Source: an uncultured Lachnospiraceae bacterium
GTDB lineage: Bacteria; Bacillota; Clostridia; Lachnospirales; Lachnospiraceae
Assembly (NCBI GenBank): GCA_900546325.1
Contig: URCR01000001.1
Coordinates: 120,190 to 184,189, forward strand
Direction of reading: 5' to 3'
DNA length: 64,000 nucleotides
Notes under the pieces: model-generated
The model's database searches: none
What the model was told of the DNA's origin: nothing
The model's input: the letters and a program-made list of their open reading frames with translations, nothing else
Position numbers and translations under genes: made by a program
In this document: positions 41,731 to 51,613 of the stretch, piece after piece
Layout: the number at the start of each line of letters is the position of its first letter
Position numbering within the stretch: the stretch's first letter is position 1

Positions 41731-43419
41731 CTATTTCTCCTTTAAATCTGTTTTCACTTCCAGAATTCCATCCAGTTCCAACGCATTTCCCGGAATTTTC
41801 GGAAATGTTCCTGTCTTCTCAATTTTATTTTGTTCAAAAATAAGCATCTTCAAATTCATTGCATTTACTAGCCGCTCATCAAAACATTTAAACGTATTTT
41901 TCCTTATTTCCAAACATTGATGATATCTCTCCTCTTCTTCCCATACTTCCGCACTTGGTGACACTTGTATCGGAGCCTTTCCCCAGTCACTGACATAGGC
42001 ACAGTCTACAAATTCATTCTCTTCAATCACAATATGATTTGTCGCTCCTGATTCAAACCAGTAGTTAGAATCTCCTTCCACCAGAATTGCTGATCCAGGC
42101 GTTGAGAAATAGTTATTACGTACTACAACTTCCCCTGCGCTTGTAAGAAGTAAACCTCTTGCCCTATTGTTACGGAATATACAGCCTTCTATTAAAACAT
42201 CTGGTACATACGATCTGTTCTCTACAACAAATCCAGGTTTCAAATATTCCATTTCTTCTTCGAATACAACAAACATGTAATCCTTATTCAACATTTCTAA
42301 GCTCTGTATTTTCCCTTGTTCACATTCCATCATATTAACATTATTGATAACTGAGAATACATCGCCCTGGTCTCCTAGTTTCACACCTTTTTGCATACCT
42401 TCCACCAATTCTACAAGGACTTCTCTTTTATTTAACACTTTATGAATTCTTCCATAGATACCATGTATGTTTACCGGATCATCCAGTTGGTTTTCTAAAA
42501 GACAATTTTTGATGTGTATTTTTCCCTTTGCATAGACAAAATGAAAGCCATCCGCTGTGGCAGTAAAGCATCTCTTTTTCTGTGGATTTATGCATACATT
42601 TACTTCATCTAATACAATGTTCTCTGTAAACTGTACAATTACTGCCATACCTGTGCAATGATAAATATTAATGTTTTTCAAAGAAATATCTTTGCTATTT
42701 GTAATATAAAAGCAAGGATGTGTCCTCCAGTGATGGCGTAAAACCATATAATTTCCAACTCTAGATGTCTTTAAAAATTTCTGATCTTCGGTCAGTTCAA
42801 TTTCAAGTAGATTTTCTCCAGCTTCCCTAAAGCACGCACCATATGAAGATGCATATGGTTTATTAAAGCTGATATCATGTCCCTGATAAACAGGTGCATT
42901 TCTCTCTCCATCCATCTCCAGGCAGCCGCAATATAATTCACTAAGTCCTTTTTCTTCTTCAAAATAAATTTTATTATGAACCACTCTATATGGATATTTC
43001 TCCCTATCTATTTCAAGAACCATTTTTGTATCAGAAAGTTCTACGATTTTTCCTTCAGAGTATCCTGTTCTCCAATAATCAATCGTAATTCCTTCTATTT
43101 TAATCTCTTCACACTGATCTATATGAAATGGAATAATATCTGTGTGAAACATGAATTGTGTGTTCTGCCCGAGAATACTCACCCGTCTCATTCCTGTCAG
43201 ATCAAAAGCAACCTTTTTTATCGTGTCTTCATCATGATTGGAAATATATAGCAATTTCTCATTTGCATAATCTGGATAAAAATGATATGTACCCTCTTCA
43301 AAAATAATCTCTATGTCATGCTCATTCCGAATTGCCTGTAGCATTTTCCTGAGATTCCATGCATTTTCTTTCCTATTTTTCGGAATTATTCCATACTCTC
43401 TTACGAATATTTGTTTCAT
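41731..43419 (-). CDS. Right-handed beta-helix glycoside hydrolase, possibly GH110 (alpha-1,3-galactosidase) family
   Basis: N-terminal pectate-lyase-fold signature (VREYGIIPKNRKENAWNL…IEIIFEEGTYHFYP) and repeated beta-helix coils (…NCLLENQLDDPVNIHG…, …NNRARGLLLTSAGEVVVRNNYF…). The family is inferred from fold plus the neighbouring GH109 and GH35 genes. Confidence 0.5.
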   Translation of the reverse strand: MKQIFVREYGIIPKNRKENAWNLRKMLQAIRNEHDIEIIFEEGTYHFYPDYANEKLLYISNHDEDTIKKVAFDLTGMRRVSILGQNTQFMFHTDIIPFHIDQCEEIKIEGITIDYWRTGYSEGKIVELSDTKMVLEIDREKYPYRVVHNKIYFEEEKGLSELYCGCLEMDGERNAPVYQGHDISFNKPYASSYGACFREAGENLLEIELTEDQKFLKTSRVGNYMVLRHHWRTHPCFYITNSKDISLKNINIYHCTGMAVIVQFTENIVLDEVNVCINPQKKRCFTATADGFHFVYAKGKIHIKNCLLENQLDDPVNIHGIYGRIHKVLNKREVLVELVEGMQKGVKLGDQGDVFSVINNVNMMECEQGKIQSLEMLNKDYMFVVFEEEMEYLKPGFVVENRSYVPDVLIEGCIFRNNRARGLLLTSAGEVVVRNNYFSTPGSAILVEGDSNYWFESGATNHIVIEENEFVDCAYVSDWGKAPIQVSPSAEVWEEEERYHQCLEIRKNTFKCFDERLVNAMNLKMLIFEQNKIEKTGTFPKIPGNALELDGILEVKTDLKEK

Positions 43420-43519
43420 AATAGCCTCCCACTAAAATTTCATCTACCTTCTCACTTGTTAAATAACAAACGGAAGTTGCATCTTTAAATTAATTTTATT
43501 GCAACTTCCGCTTTTTCTG

Positions 43520-44410
43520 TTAACCTTTCACACTTCCTATGACAAGTCCTTTTGTGAAATATTTTTGTAAAAATGGATAAATAAGCATAACCGGAAGTGC
43601 ACCTAAGAAAAGTTGTGCGGCTCGGCCTGTTCTTGCGTCCATCTGTACCAAAAGTGCTTGAATATCCTGGGAACCTTGTGTACGCAGTAATTGTTCAAAA
43701 TTCTGTAACAAAGTCTGTAAATATGTCTGAAGCGGATAGTTATCTGGATTATTCATATAAATCATTCCACTAAACCAATCATTCCAATGCGACACAATAC
43801 AGAATAATCCAACCGTTGCAAGCGCAGGCTTTAATATCGGAAGCAGTACTTTAACTAAAATCTGAATTGGACTTGCACCATCAATTGCTGCTGCTTCTTC
43901 AATTTCTTCTGGAATTCCCCTCATAAAGTTCATCAGAATAATCATATTATAAACCGGTAATGCTCCCGGAAGAATTAAAGACCAAATCGTATCTTTTAAT
44001 CCTAACCCTGTCACTACTAAGTATGTAGGAATCAATCCACCTGAGATTAACATTGTAATGATAAAGTAGACCATATAAATATTTCTTCCACTTACCTTTT
44101 TCTTCGTTTTTGACAATGGATACGCGGTCAACACCATAAGTATTAAATTTAATCCAACTCCAAGAACAACTCTTTCCAACGAAATCATCAGTGATCTTAT
44201 AAATTTTCCACCTTTGAGCGCAAACTCATATGCGCTCAAAGTGAAATCTACCGGTAGGAATCCTACCTTCCCTGCTGCTACTGCCGAAGCATCACTAAAT
44301 GAAATAGCCAACAAATTTACGAACGGTAATACACATGTCAAAGATATTATTGCAAGTATAATAATATTTATCCCATTAAAAATTTTGTTTCCTTTTGTCT
44401 TATAATGCAT
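43520..44410 (-). CDS. Carbohydrate ABC transporter permease (LplC/YtcP-like)
   Basis: 6-TM MalG-type permease with EAA-like loop (…MRGIPEEIEEAAAIDGAS…). AGGAGG SD before the ATG at 44410. Confidence 0.85.
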   Translation of the reverse strand: MHYKTKGNKIFNGINIIILAIISLTCVLPFVNLLAISFSDASAVAAGKVGFLPVDFTLSAYEFALKGGKFIRSLMISLERVVLGVGLNLILMVLTAYPLSKTKKKVSGRNIYMVYFIITMLISGGLIPTYLVVTGLGLKDTIWSLILPGALPVYNMIILMNFMRGIPEEIEEAAAIDGASPIQILVKVLLPILKPALATVGLFCIVSHWNDWFSGMIYMNNPDNYPLQTYLQTLLQNFEQLLRTQGSQDIQALLVQMDARTGRAAQLFLGALPVMLIYPFLQKYFTKGLVIGSVKG

Positions 44411-44421
44411 CTTATTACCTC

Positions 44422-45309
44422 CTAGAAAATCCGATAACCGGCACATTTATCTGCAAGGACATAAGAGACTAAGACAAGCACTGCGGAAACTGCTGACTTA
44501 AACAACCCTATGGCTGCACCTACTGAATACTGTGCCTGCTGGATACCAAGTCGGTATACATATGTATCAATAATATCACCGGTTTCATATACGATCGGAG
44601 AATATAAGTTGAAAATCTGATCGAATCCTGCATTTAACACACTTCCAAGTGATAACACTAACATCAAAATAATCGTCGGCATCAAAAGCGGTAGTGTAAT
44701 ATAACGAATTTGCTGCCATCTAGTCGCTCCATCCAAAATCGCCGATTCATACAAGCCCGGATCAATACTTGTCAATGCTGCCAAATAAACAACTGTTCCA
44801 AATCCAAACCCTTTCCAAACGTCTGTCACAATCATTGTCCACGGAAAAATCTTTGTGCTTCCAAGAAAATTTATTGGATCAACACCAAATAAACCAAGAA
44901 ATTGGTTTATAATACCATTGTTAGCCAGAATATCCATCAGAACTCCCGCCATAATAACCCAAGACAAGAAGTTTGGAATATAAACTAACGTTTGAAAAAT
45001 ACGTTTTAGCTTATTTGAAATCAGTTCATTCAATAGCAACGCGACAATTACCGGCACAACAATTCCACCAATCAATTTAAACGCTGCAATATAAAATGTA
45101 TTCCATATTGTCCTCACAAATGAAGGCTGGCTAAATACATATTTGAAATGTTCTAGACCTACCCAAGGTGAAGAGAAACCGAGCGCAGGATTGTAATCCT
45201 GAAACGCAATCACAACTCCATAAAGTGGAACATACGCAAATATAAAGATTAAGATTACTCCTGGCAATAACATTAGATGATACTGCCACTGTTTTTTTAA
45301 TTTTTTCAT
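44422..45309 (-). CDS. Carbohydrate ABC transporter permease (LplB-like)
   Basis: MalF-type permease with the typical LplB N-terminus (MKKLKKQWQYHLMLLPGVILIFIFAYVPLYGVVIAFQDY). Confidence 0.85.
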   Translation of the reverse strand: MKKLKKQWQYHLMLLPGVILIFIFAYVPLYGVVIAFQDYNPALGFSSPWVGLEHFKYVFSQPSFVRTIWNTFYIAAFKLIGGIVVPVIVALLLNELISNKLKRIFQTLVYIPNFLSWVIMAGVLMDILANNGIINQFLGLFGVDPINFLGSTKIFPWTMIVTDVWKGFGFGTVVYLAALTSIDPGLYESAILDGATRWQQIRYITLPLLMPTIILMLVLSLGSVLNAGFDQIFNLYSPIVYETGDIIDTYVYRLGIQQAQYSVGAAIGLFKSAVSAVLVLVSYVLADKCAGYRIF

Positions 45310-45321
45310 ATCAACATCCTC

Positions 45322-46956
45322 TTACTTATTTCCGTACATTTCATTGATTTCTTCTGTTGCCTTTGCTCCACCTGCTTTTTCCCACTCTTCAACAAGTGTA
45401 TCAAAATAATCGATATCCTTATCTCCTACGATAATCTTTGTGAAACCTTCTGTAAGAATATCATCCAGTGTGCTACCTGAACTTAAAAGTGTTTCCGTAG
45501 CTGGTCCCCACATAGCATCTTTAATGTATTCTTCATTATCAATCATTTCTTTTGAAATTTTATATGCCGCTTTAGGACCACCCTGCTGACAGTAATCGCC
45601 TACTCCTGTCGAAGCACCATTTTTAATAAAATCCACACTATTCTTATACTTGATTCCATCTTTTCCAAGTGCTGTTGGATCTTCATCCAATCCTACCTTT
45701 AATGTATCTGTCACTTTCACAAACTGATTATAGTCTGTATTTGGATTGATAACACGTAGTGCATAAGGAATATTCGTATATGCATTCTTAAACAGATCAT
45801 TAATCATCTCTTTGCTTACCTGATCTGGTTCATCCATACACCGCGCATAAAAATTAAGAAGTTTAACAACTGCTTCTGGATTCTTACAATTTTTATTTAC
45901 TACAATATAACCATAATTAGCAAAACTTACCGGTGCTTTTACAGTTTCACCATTTGCAGAAGGAATTTTGTATGCTTCAAAAATAGAATCTTTTCCATTG
46001 TTTGATACCATATTCGGGCCTGGATCATATCCCCAATATTGATAATATGGACTTACACCAACTTCACTATTCAACTCACCTTGAAGCATTTTTTCTAAAT
46101 CTTTTGTTGCAAATTGCGGATCCACAATTCCTTCTTTGTACCATTCAGAATATGCTTCTAATGCTTCTTTCATTTCTGGCTGTACAGAGCCATATCCCAA
46201 TTCCCCATTCTCAGATTCTACCCAAATACTTGGATAAGCTCCCCATGCAGGTGCTAAGACCTTTAGACCAATCAAATCTTGGTTCTCTGTCAAACCATAT
46301 CCACCATATTCCTTTTGGAATGTTTTTGCAATGTTAATCACATCATCCATTGTCTTAGGATCTGCAAGACCTAACTTTTCTTTCCAGTCTTTACGAATCC
46401 AAATCTGTGACGGTTGATCAATGATTCCATAAGAAAGTTGTGGTATCCCATACAGCTTTCCATTTAATTTTCCAGTTTCAAATGTATCACTTTCTTGCTC
46501 CATGTATCCTTTGATCAAGTCTGAAGCATATTTATCATACACTTCTGTCAAATCCCAAATCAAATCTGCTTCTTGTAATTCCCTAAGTTGCTGGGAATTA
46601 ACAAAAAACACATCTGGAATGCTTCCATCTGCAATGGATAAATTTAATTTTGTGCTATAATCATTGCTTACCCAGTCATTTACTACTTTAATATTAAATT
46701 GCTCTTTGTATGCACGATACCAAGGGTTATCATCGTAGCTATCCCCTTCATCCCATTGAATTCCCGCATTTTCCGGAAGCACAGTACTAATTGTCACTTC
46801 TTCTTCATATGGATCCCATAATCCCTCTGGCACTTCCACCGCTTTCTGCGGCTTTTTGTCTTTTGCATTTCCACCAGCGTTTCCACTCTTCATGCATCCA
46901 GTCACTCCAACCACCATAGTAGCAGCCAATAAGACCGAAATAATTCTTCTTCTCAT
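45322..46956 (-). CDS. Extracellular solute-binding lipoprotein of a carbohydrate ABC transporter (LplA-like, family 1)
   Basis: Lipoprotein signal MRRRIISVLLAATMVVGVTGC; 544 aa, the large LplA-type oligosaccharide-binding-protein size. Confidence 0.85.
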   Translation of the reverse strand: MRRRIISVLLAATMVVGVTGCMKSGNAGGNAKDKKPQKAVEVPEGLWDPYEEEVTISTVLPENAGIQWDEGDSYDDNPWYRAYKEQFNIKVVNDWVSNDYSTKLNLSIADGSIPDVFFVNSQQLRELQEADLIWDLTEVYDKYASDLIKGYMEQESDTFETGKLNGKLYGIPQLSYGIIDQPSQIWIRKDWKEKLGLADPKTMDDVINIAKTFQKEYGGYGLTENQDLIGLKVLAPAWGAYPSIWVESENGELGYGSVQPEMKEALEAYSEWYKEGIVDPQFATKDLEKMLQGELNSEVGVSPYYQYWGYDPGPNMVSNNGKDSIFEAYKIPSANGETVKAPVSFANYGYIVVNKNCKNPEAVVKLLNFYARCMDEPDQVSKEMINDLFKNAYTNIPYALRVINPNTDYNQFVKVTDTLKVGLDEDPTALGKDGIKYKNSVDFIKNGASTGVGDYCQQGGPKAAYKISKEMIDNEEYIKDAMWGPATETLLSSGSTLDDILTEGFTKIIVGDKDIDYFDTLVEEWEKAGGAKATEEINEMYGNK

Positions 46957-47197
46957 TTTTCTCCTCCTTTATTTTCATACTTTCTGAAATTTGTTAAATT
47001 CATTATTATAAATTTTTGTATCTAAATCCATATGAATTTTTTCATTTTTTATAATATCTTTACATAGTCAATACATTCTTATAAATTTTTATAAAAAAAG
47101 CAAAACTTTATAACTCTCTCAATTGAATTTTCTGCTTCCAAACGATATACTATTTAGAAGAAATTACAAAAAAATATTCACTGTAAGGGGAATTTTT

Positions 47198-48937
47198 ATG
47201 CATGCTCAAAATACATTATTAAAAAAAATTGTTATACTTTTTATAGCACTCTTACTTCCTTTATTGCTAATCGGATTCACAGCACTTTACTATGGAAATC
47301 AAATTTTAAGAAAGCAGGCCCTTTCCTCTATTGACTCTAATAGTACAACATATATTTCACATTTAGATAATTCCATGTATACCATTTATACTACTGCCTT
47401 TAATTTAGCTACTCAGACGAACCTCCAAAAATTTGCTACCAATCACTCTGGTTTATCAACTTATGAGCAGGGATTTCAAGCAAATCTATTGAGAGAGCAA
47501 TTGTCTACCGCCCAATCTTCACTTCCGTTTTGTGAATCTACCCACATTTATTTTAGAGATTTGGGAAAAATTTATAATTCTTCGGGCTATGAAACAGGGA
47601 GTTTTTCTGAACTCTCAAAAGAAGATTTTTCTCAGTTCAAAAGTAGTGTGCAAGAAAAGGGTGCCTTACATAACTATGATAATCCTTTGACCAATCAGAA
47701 AGAATTATCTTATTTGCTTATGCCTTCCTCCAACGCAAGTTACGGTATCAGTTTTGTTCTTTCAAAAGAAGAACTCACCCAATACTTAGAAGACAACATA
47801 GCCTATCCCGGAGAGAAATTTCTTTTCACCAACGAAAGGAATTTCTTGCTTACAAATTTTCAAAGTAATAAACGCACATTTTATGAAGATTTTATTTACA
47901 AAACAATAAAAAACAGCGATATTTTCTTGGGATATCCTGTAGTCAAAGTGGATACTACTGATTATTATGTTTTTTCGTATGAATTATCACATACCTCATT
48001 GCGATACATACGCCTTGTCCCTACGAATGCGATTTTGAATAGTACACGGATTCTTCCAACTTTTATGTTTGTATTCTCTATTGTATTATCACTTGTCTGC
48101 ATCATATTCTTTATTGCTGTTTATAAGATCATTCACAAACCATACGTCCATCTTTTAAATGCATTCAATGGTGTAGAACAAGGAATTTTTGATACCAAAA
48201 TCACTGATTTTAACAGCCCAGATTTTGCTTATCTATATCATTCATTTAACAACATGACCTCCAAACTAAGCCGTCTGATCGAGCAGGATTATAACCAGAA
48301 AATGTTGCTACAGAAGGCCGAATTAAAACAGCTTCAGGCGCAGATCAATCCTCACTTTCTATATAACAGTTTTTTCATGCTGCAGCGCATGATTAAGATG
48401 GGGTTATCTGAAGAATCCCAGGAAATGGCAAGCGCACTCGGAAAATATTTTCGCTATCTCACTCGAAACAGTATGGACAATGTCACATTAGAGACCGAGT
48501 ATGAGCACGCAAAAACTTACGCATACATTCAAGGATTGCGATTCGCAGGGCGGATCCAGATTGAATTCGAAGATCTCCCCGCCGGATTTCAACATTTGCC
48601 GGTTCCAAAGCTGATTCTTCAGCCGCTGTTGGAAAATGCTTTCAATTATGGATTAACTAACAAAATGGAAAACGGTCTTTTAAAAGTACATTTCCTTCAC
48701 TCGGAAGACTCTCTGACAATTATTGTAGAAGATAACGGAGAGGAACTGACAGATGAACTGTTACAGTCATTAGAGGAGAAACTAAATGCTGCAAAAGATA
48801 CATCAACCGATTATGAAATGACCGGTCTTCTAAATATCCAGCGAAGACTTGCCATTTTCTCAGACTATACTTATTCACTTAATATTTCCCGCTCAGACAT
48901 GGGAGGACTTTGTGTTTCCATATGCCTGCGGGATTGA
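47198..48937 (+). CDS. Sensor histidine kinase (YesM-like, two TM + HAMP + His_kinase + HATPase)
   Basis: H-box QINPHFLYNSF, ATPase motifs, and an N-terminal signal anchor with a large extracytoplasmic domain. SD before the ATG at 47198. Confidence 0.8.
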   Translation: MHAQNTLLKKIVILFIALLLPLLLIGFTALYYGNQILRKQALSSIDSNSTTYISHLDNSMYTIYTTAFNLATQTNLQKFATNHSGLSTYEQGFQANLLREQLSTAQSSLPFCESTHIYFRDLGKIYNSSGYETGSFSELSKEDFSQFKSSVQEKGALHNYDNPLTNQKELSYLLMPSSNASYGISFVLSKEELTQYLEDNIAYPGEKFLFTNERNFLLTNFQSNKRTFYEDFIYKTIKNSDIFLGYPVVKVDTTDYYVFSYELSHTSLRYIRLVPTNAILNSTRILPTFMFVFSIVLSLVCIIFFIAVYKIIHKPYVHLLNAFNGVEQGIFDTKITDFNSPDFAYLYHSFNNMTSKLSRLIEQDYNQKMLLQKAELKQLQAQINPHFLYNSFFMLQRMIKMGLSEESQEMASALGKYFRYLTRNSMDNVTLETEYEHAKTYAYIQGLRFAGRIQIEFEDLPAGFQHLPVPKLILQPLLENAFNYGLTNKMENGLLKVHFLHSEDSLTIIVEDNGEELTDELLQSLEEKLNAAKDTSTDYEMTGLLNIQRRLAIFSDYTYSLNISRSDMGGLCVSICLRD

Positions 48938-48953
48938 TTTCAGGAGGTACTCT

Positions 48954-50585
48954 ATGCGTTTATTAATTGTAGATGACGAACATTATATTGTAAATTATCT
49001 GACCGATCTTATTGAGGAACAGCATTTTCCTGATCTGGAGATTTACAAATGCTATTCCGGCAAAGAGGCGCTCTCCCTGATTCAGACTTCCTTGATCGAT
49101 CTGATGCTGCTGGACATCCATATGCCCGGAATGTCCGGGCTTGAAGTAGCCTCTCAGGTCTCGGAACAACTGCCGCGCTGCCGTATCATTTTTCTGACAG
49201 CTTATGACAGTTTTGATCACATTTATGAATCTAACAAATTAGAGCATACCCGCTATCTTCTGAAAACGGAGGATGATGAAGTCATTCTGAAGGAGATTTC
49301 TCACACTTTAGAAGAACTGGAGGAAGAAAGTAATAAGCTCCTTCTTCTGTCGGAAGCTCAGCAGAAAGCTTTTCTGCTTTCTCATCTTCTTCAGCAGAAT
49401 ATTTTAAAAGGGATTGTAGCCGGACATTCCATTGAAAAACTGGAACGAGAATTAAAAATTGCCGGTTCGGACTTTACGCTAGATTTGCACCGACCTGTTT
49501 ATCTGATGTATACACAGGTACACTATAAAACATTGGATGAGACAAACCTTACCAATTCTACTTACACACTGCAATATCTTCAGTTGATCCGCAAGCTTCT
49601 GGAAGGAAAGTTTCAATTTTCCATGCTGGACTTTGGAAAAGGAACGTTACTCTTGTTTTTCCAGCCATTGCAGCCATTCTCTTCCGAGTATGCGTTTTTG
49701 CAGTCTGTTGCAAATGATTTTGGAGATTACTACTTTACGAAATACCGAAGGCGTGTCACAACCGTTCTCTATCCGGAAGTTTCCGAATGGAACGAGGTCT
49801 GCAGCCGTTTTCATAAAATGCAGCAATATGCCGAATTGTCCGGCGATGCGGTTCCTCTCATCTACCCTTCTGACTCCACGCATGAGGATAATACGGTAGA
49901 CACTTTACCCGCCGAAGTTTCCATAGACAGAGTTTCTCTTGAGAAAAAGCTGCAGGAGCTTTCTTTCTATCTTTATCAGGGCGCTGAGAAAGATTATTTA
50001 CATACTCTGAAAAGTTTGTGTGCCGAGTGCACCCGCATCCGCAGTATGCACAGCATCTCTGCCATCAAGACATATACCTCTGTTTCTCTGCTGCTGATGC
50101 AGTACATTGATTTATATCAGCTGCAAGGAAAAATCGCTTCCAAAATTGCACTTTATCCTTTATACTACATACACGATTTTTCCTCCTGGAAAGAGGCATT
50201 CCGTTATCTGGAAAAATTATCGGGCCAGATTTTTGACATCCTGCATTCAAAAAAACTGGACCGCAATGAACAGCTGGTCCAGAAAATCAAAACTTATATT
50301 CGCGATCACATTTCCGAGTCACTGACACTCACTACGATTTCGCGAATTGTAAATTATAATGAAGCGTATATTTCACGGCTTTTTAAACAGATTAACGGAA
50401 TGGGGATTTCCGAATATATCTCCCTTGAGCGTATTAACAAAGCCAAAGATCTGCTTGTGACCACATCCGATTCCATGCAAAATATCGCAGCCGCCACCGG
50501 CTTTGATACGGCGCAGTATTTTTCACTCGTCTTCAAGAAAACTACCGGTGTCTCACCAAGCGAATATCGGCGGTCACATATGTAA
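48954..50585 (+). CDS. Response regulator with CheY receiver and C-terminal AraC-type HTH (YesN-like)
   Basis: MRLLIVDDEHYIV…MLLDIHMPGMSG receiver and C-terminal …ISRIVNYNEAYISRLFKQ…TGFDTAQYFSLVFKKTTGVSPSEYRR. SD CAGGAGG before the ATG at 48954. Confidence 0.85.
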   Translation: MRLLIVDDEHYIVNYLTDLIEEQHFPDLEIYKCYSGKEALSLIQTSLIDLMLLDIHMPGMSGLEVASQVSEQLPRCRIIFLTAYDSFDHIYESNKLEHTRYLLKTEDDEVILKEISHTLEELEEESNKLLLLSEAQQKAFLLSHLLQQNILKGIVAGHSIEKLERELKIAGSDFTLDLHRPVYLMYTQVHYKTLDETNLTNSTYTLQYLQLIRKLLEGKFQFSMLDFGKGTLLLFFQPLQPFSSEYAFLQSVANDFGDYYFTKYRRRVTTVLYPEVSEWNEVCSRFHKMQQYAELSGDAVPLIYPSDSTHEDNTVDTLPAEVSIDRVSLEKKLQELSFYLYQGAEKDYLHTLKSLCAECTRIRSMHSISAIKTYTSVSLLLMQYIDLYQLQGKIASKIALYPLYYIHDFSSWKEAFRYLEKLSGQIFDILHSKKLDRNEQLVQKIKTYIRDHISESLTLTTISRIVNYNEAYISRLFKQINGMGISEYISLERINKAKDLLVTTSDSMQNIAAATGFDTAQYFSLVFKKTTGVSPSEYRRSHM

Positions 50586-50586
50586 C

Positions 50587-50620
50587 ATAATATAAACTTT
50601 TCCAGTATAGAATTCCTCAG
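50587..50620 (+). repeat. 34-bp direct repeat, right copy (ATAATATAAACTTTTCCAGTATAGAATTCCTCAG)
   Basis: 29/34 identical to 37441..37474. It starts 2 nt after the response-regulator stop codon and may also act as the promoter (TAGAAT) for the downstream lipoprotein gene. Confidence 0.6.
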
Positions 50621-50649
50621 CTTCTCGTTAAATTTATGGAGGTATGAAT

Positions 50650-51000
50650 ATGAAAAGGTGTATATCATTCATTTTAATATTGGTCTGCGTATTCGGATTA
50701 GCAGGCTGCAGCCATCGAACTATGGATTATATCATCGAACATGAGCCGAGTATTACCGGAATTGTTGAAAAAGTCGAAGAGAACTTTATTATGATTTATA
50801 TCAACACAGAGGGTTATCCGAATGGAGCGAGTTGTAAAGTCTCATTAGATGTAGAAAATGATGACAGCTATACAGATGTTTCTGTTGGCGATGAAGTTGT
50901 TGTGTACTACAATGGCGAAATCGCAGAAAGTGCCCCGTTACAAATCAATACTGTATATGGCATTACATTGAAAACTCCGGCAAATCGAGATATTGAGTAA
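50650..51000 (+). CDS. Small lipoprotein (DUF3221/YobA-like?)
   Basis: Signal peptide with lipobox LAGC (MKRCISFILILVCVFGLAGCSH) and a ~95-aa mature domain. GGAGG SD 7 nt before the ATG at 50650. Confidence 0.55.
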   Translation: MKRCISFILILVCVFGLAGCSHRTMDYIIEHEPSITGIVEKVEENFIMIYINTEGYPNGASCKVSLDVENDDSYTDVSVGDEVVVYYNGEIAESAPLQINTVYGITLKTPANRDIE

Positions 51001-51075
51001 ATTCTCAGTTTGTCAATATTTTTCACGATTTTGGAGAACGGAAAGAAGAACTATTTCAGCACAAAGGCTACCAGA

Positions 51076-51103
51076 TTTCGTTATTTTATAGTTATCTAAA
51101 GGA
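51076..51103 (+). repeat. 28-bp direct repeat, left copy (TTTCGTTATTTTATAGTTATCTAAAGGA)
   Basis: 27/28 identical to 53371..53398. The two copies flank the sigma/anti-sigma cassette. Confidence 0.55.
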
Positions 51104-51276
51104 GCGCGATACTGTCTGAATAGTTTATATATTGCTATGCAAAACTATCCAAAAACGGTTCCCGGATAGAAAATCTTTCAGAATGCTAAATTTGACAATT
51201 CAAACGTCTTTCGTTAGAATGAAGATGTAAATAAGGCACTACTGATAGTTGGTTAGTCCCAATTATTTAATTACTT

Positions 51277-51320
51277 AAAAAAGTAACCGCATTCCTTGGG
51301 CCAGGGGCGGTTACTTTTTT
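51277..51320. terminator. Rho-independent bidirectional terminator
   Basis: AAAAAAGTAACCGC-N17-GCGGTTACTTTTTT: a 9-bp stem with A and T runs on both sides. Confidence 0.6.
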
Positions 51321-51613
51321 GATTGATTTATATATGCAATCAGAGGGTTCAGTCCCTCTGTTGAAGGACTAACCTCCTACTCTTCTCATGTAGTGCTTTT
51401 TCTCATTTTAGCAAAGTCTTTCTTTTATGACGACATATTTATTGTGAAATATCGTCCATTAAAAATTCCAAAGTATAGTGAGAAATGGCATAGATGAGGG
51501 AAACATTATCGTTGATACTTTTTTTAATGTTTAAGAAAGTTTCAAGTTTTTCGTTTTCAGACGTAAGATTCTTAGAAAAATCTATAGTCTATAGGTGAGA
51601 GGAGGCTGATATA

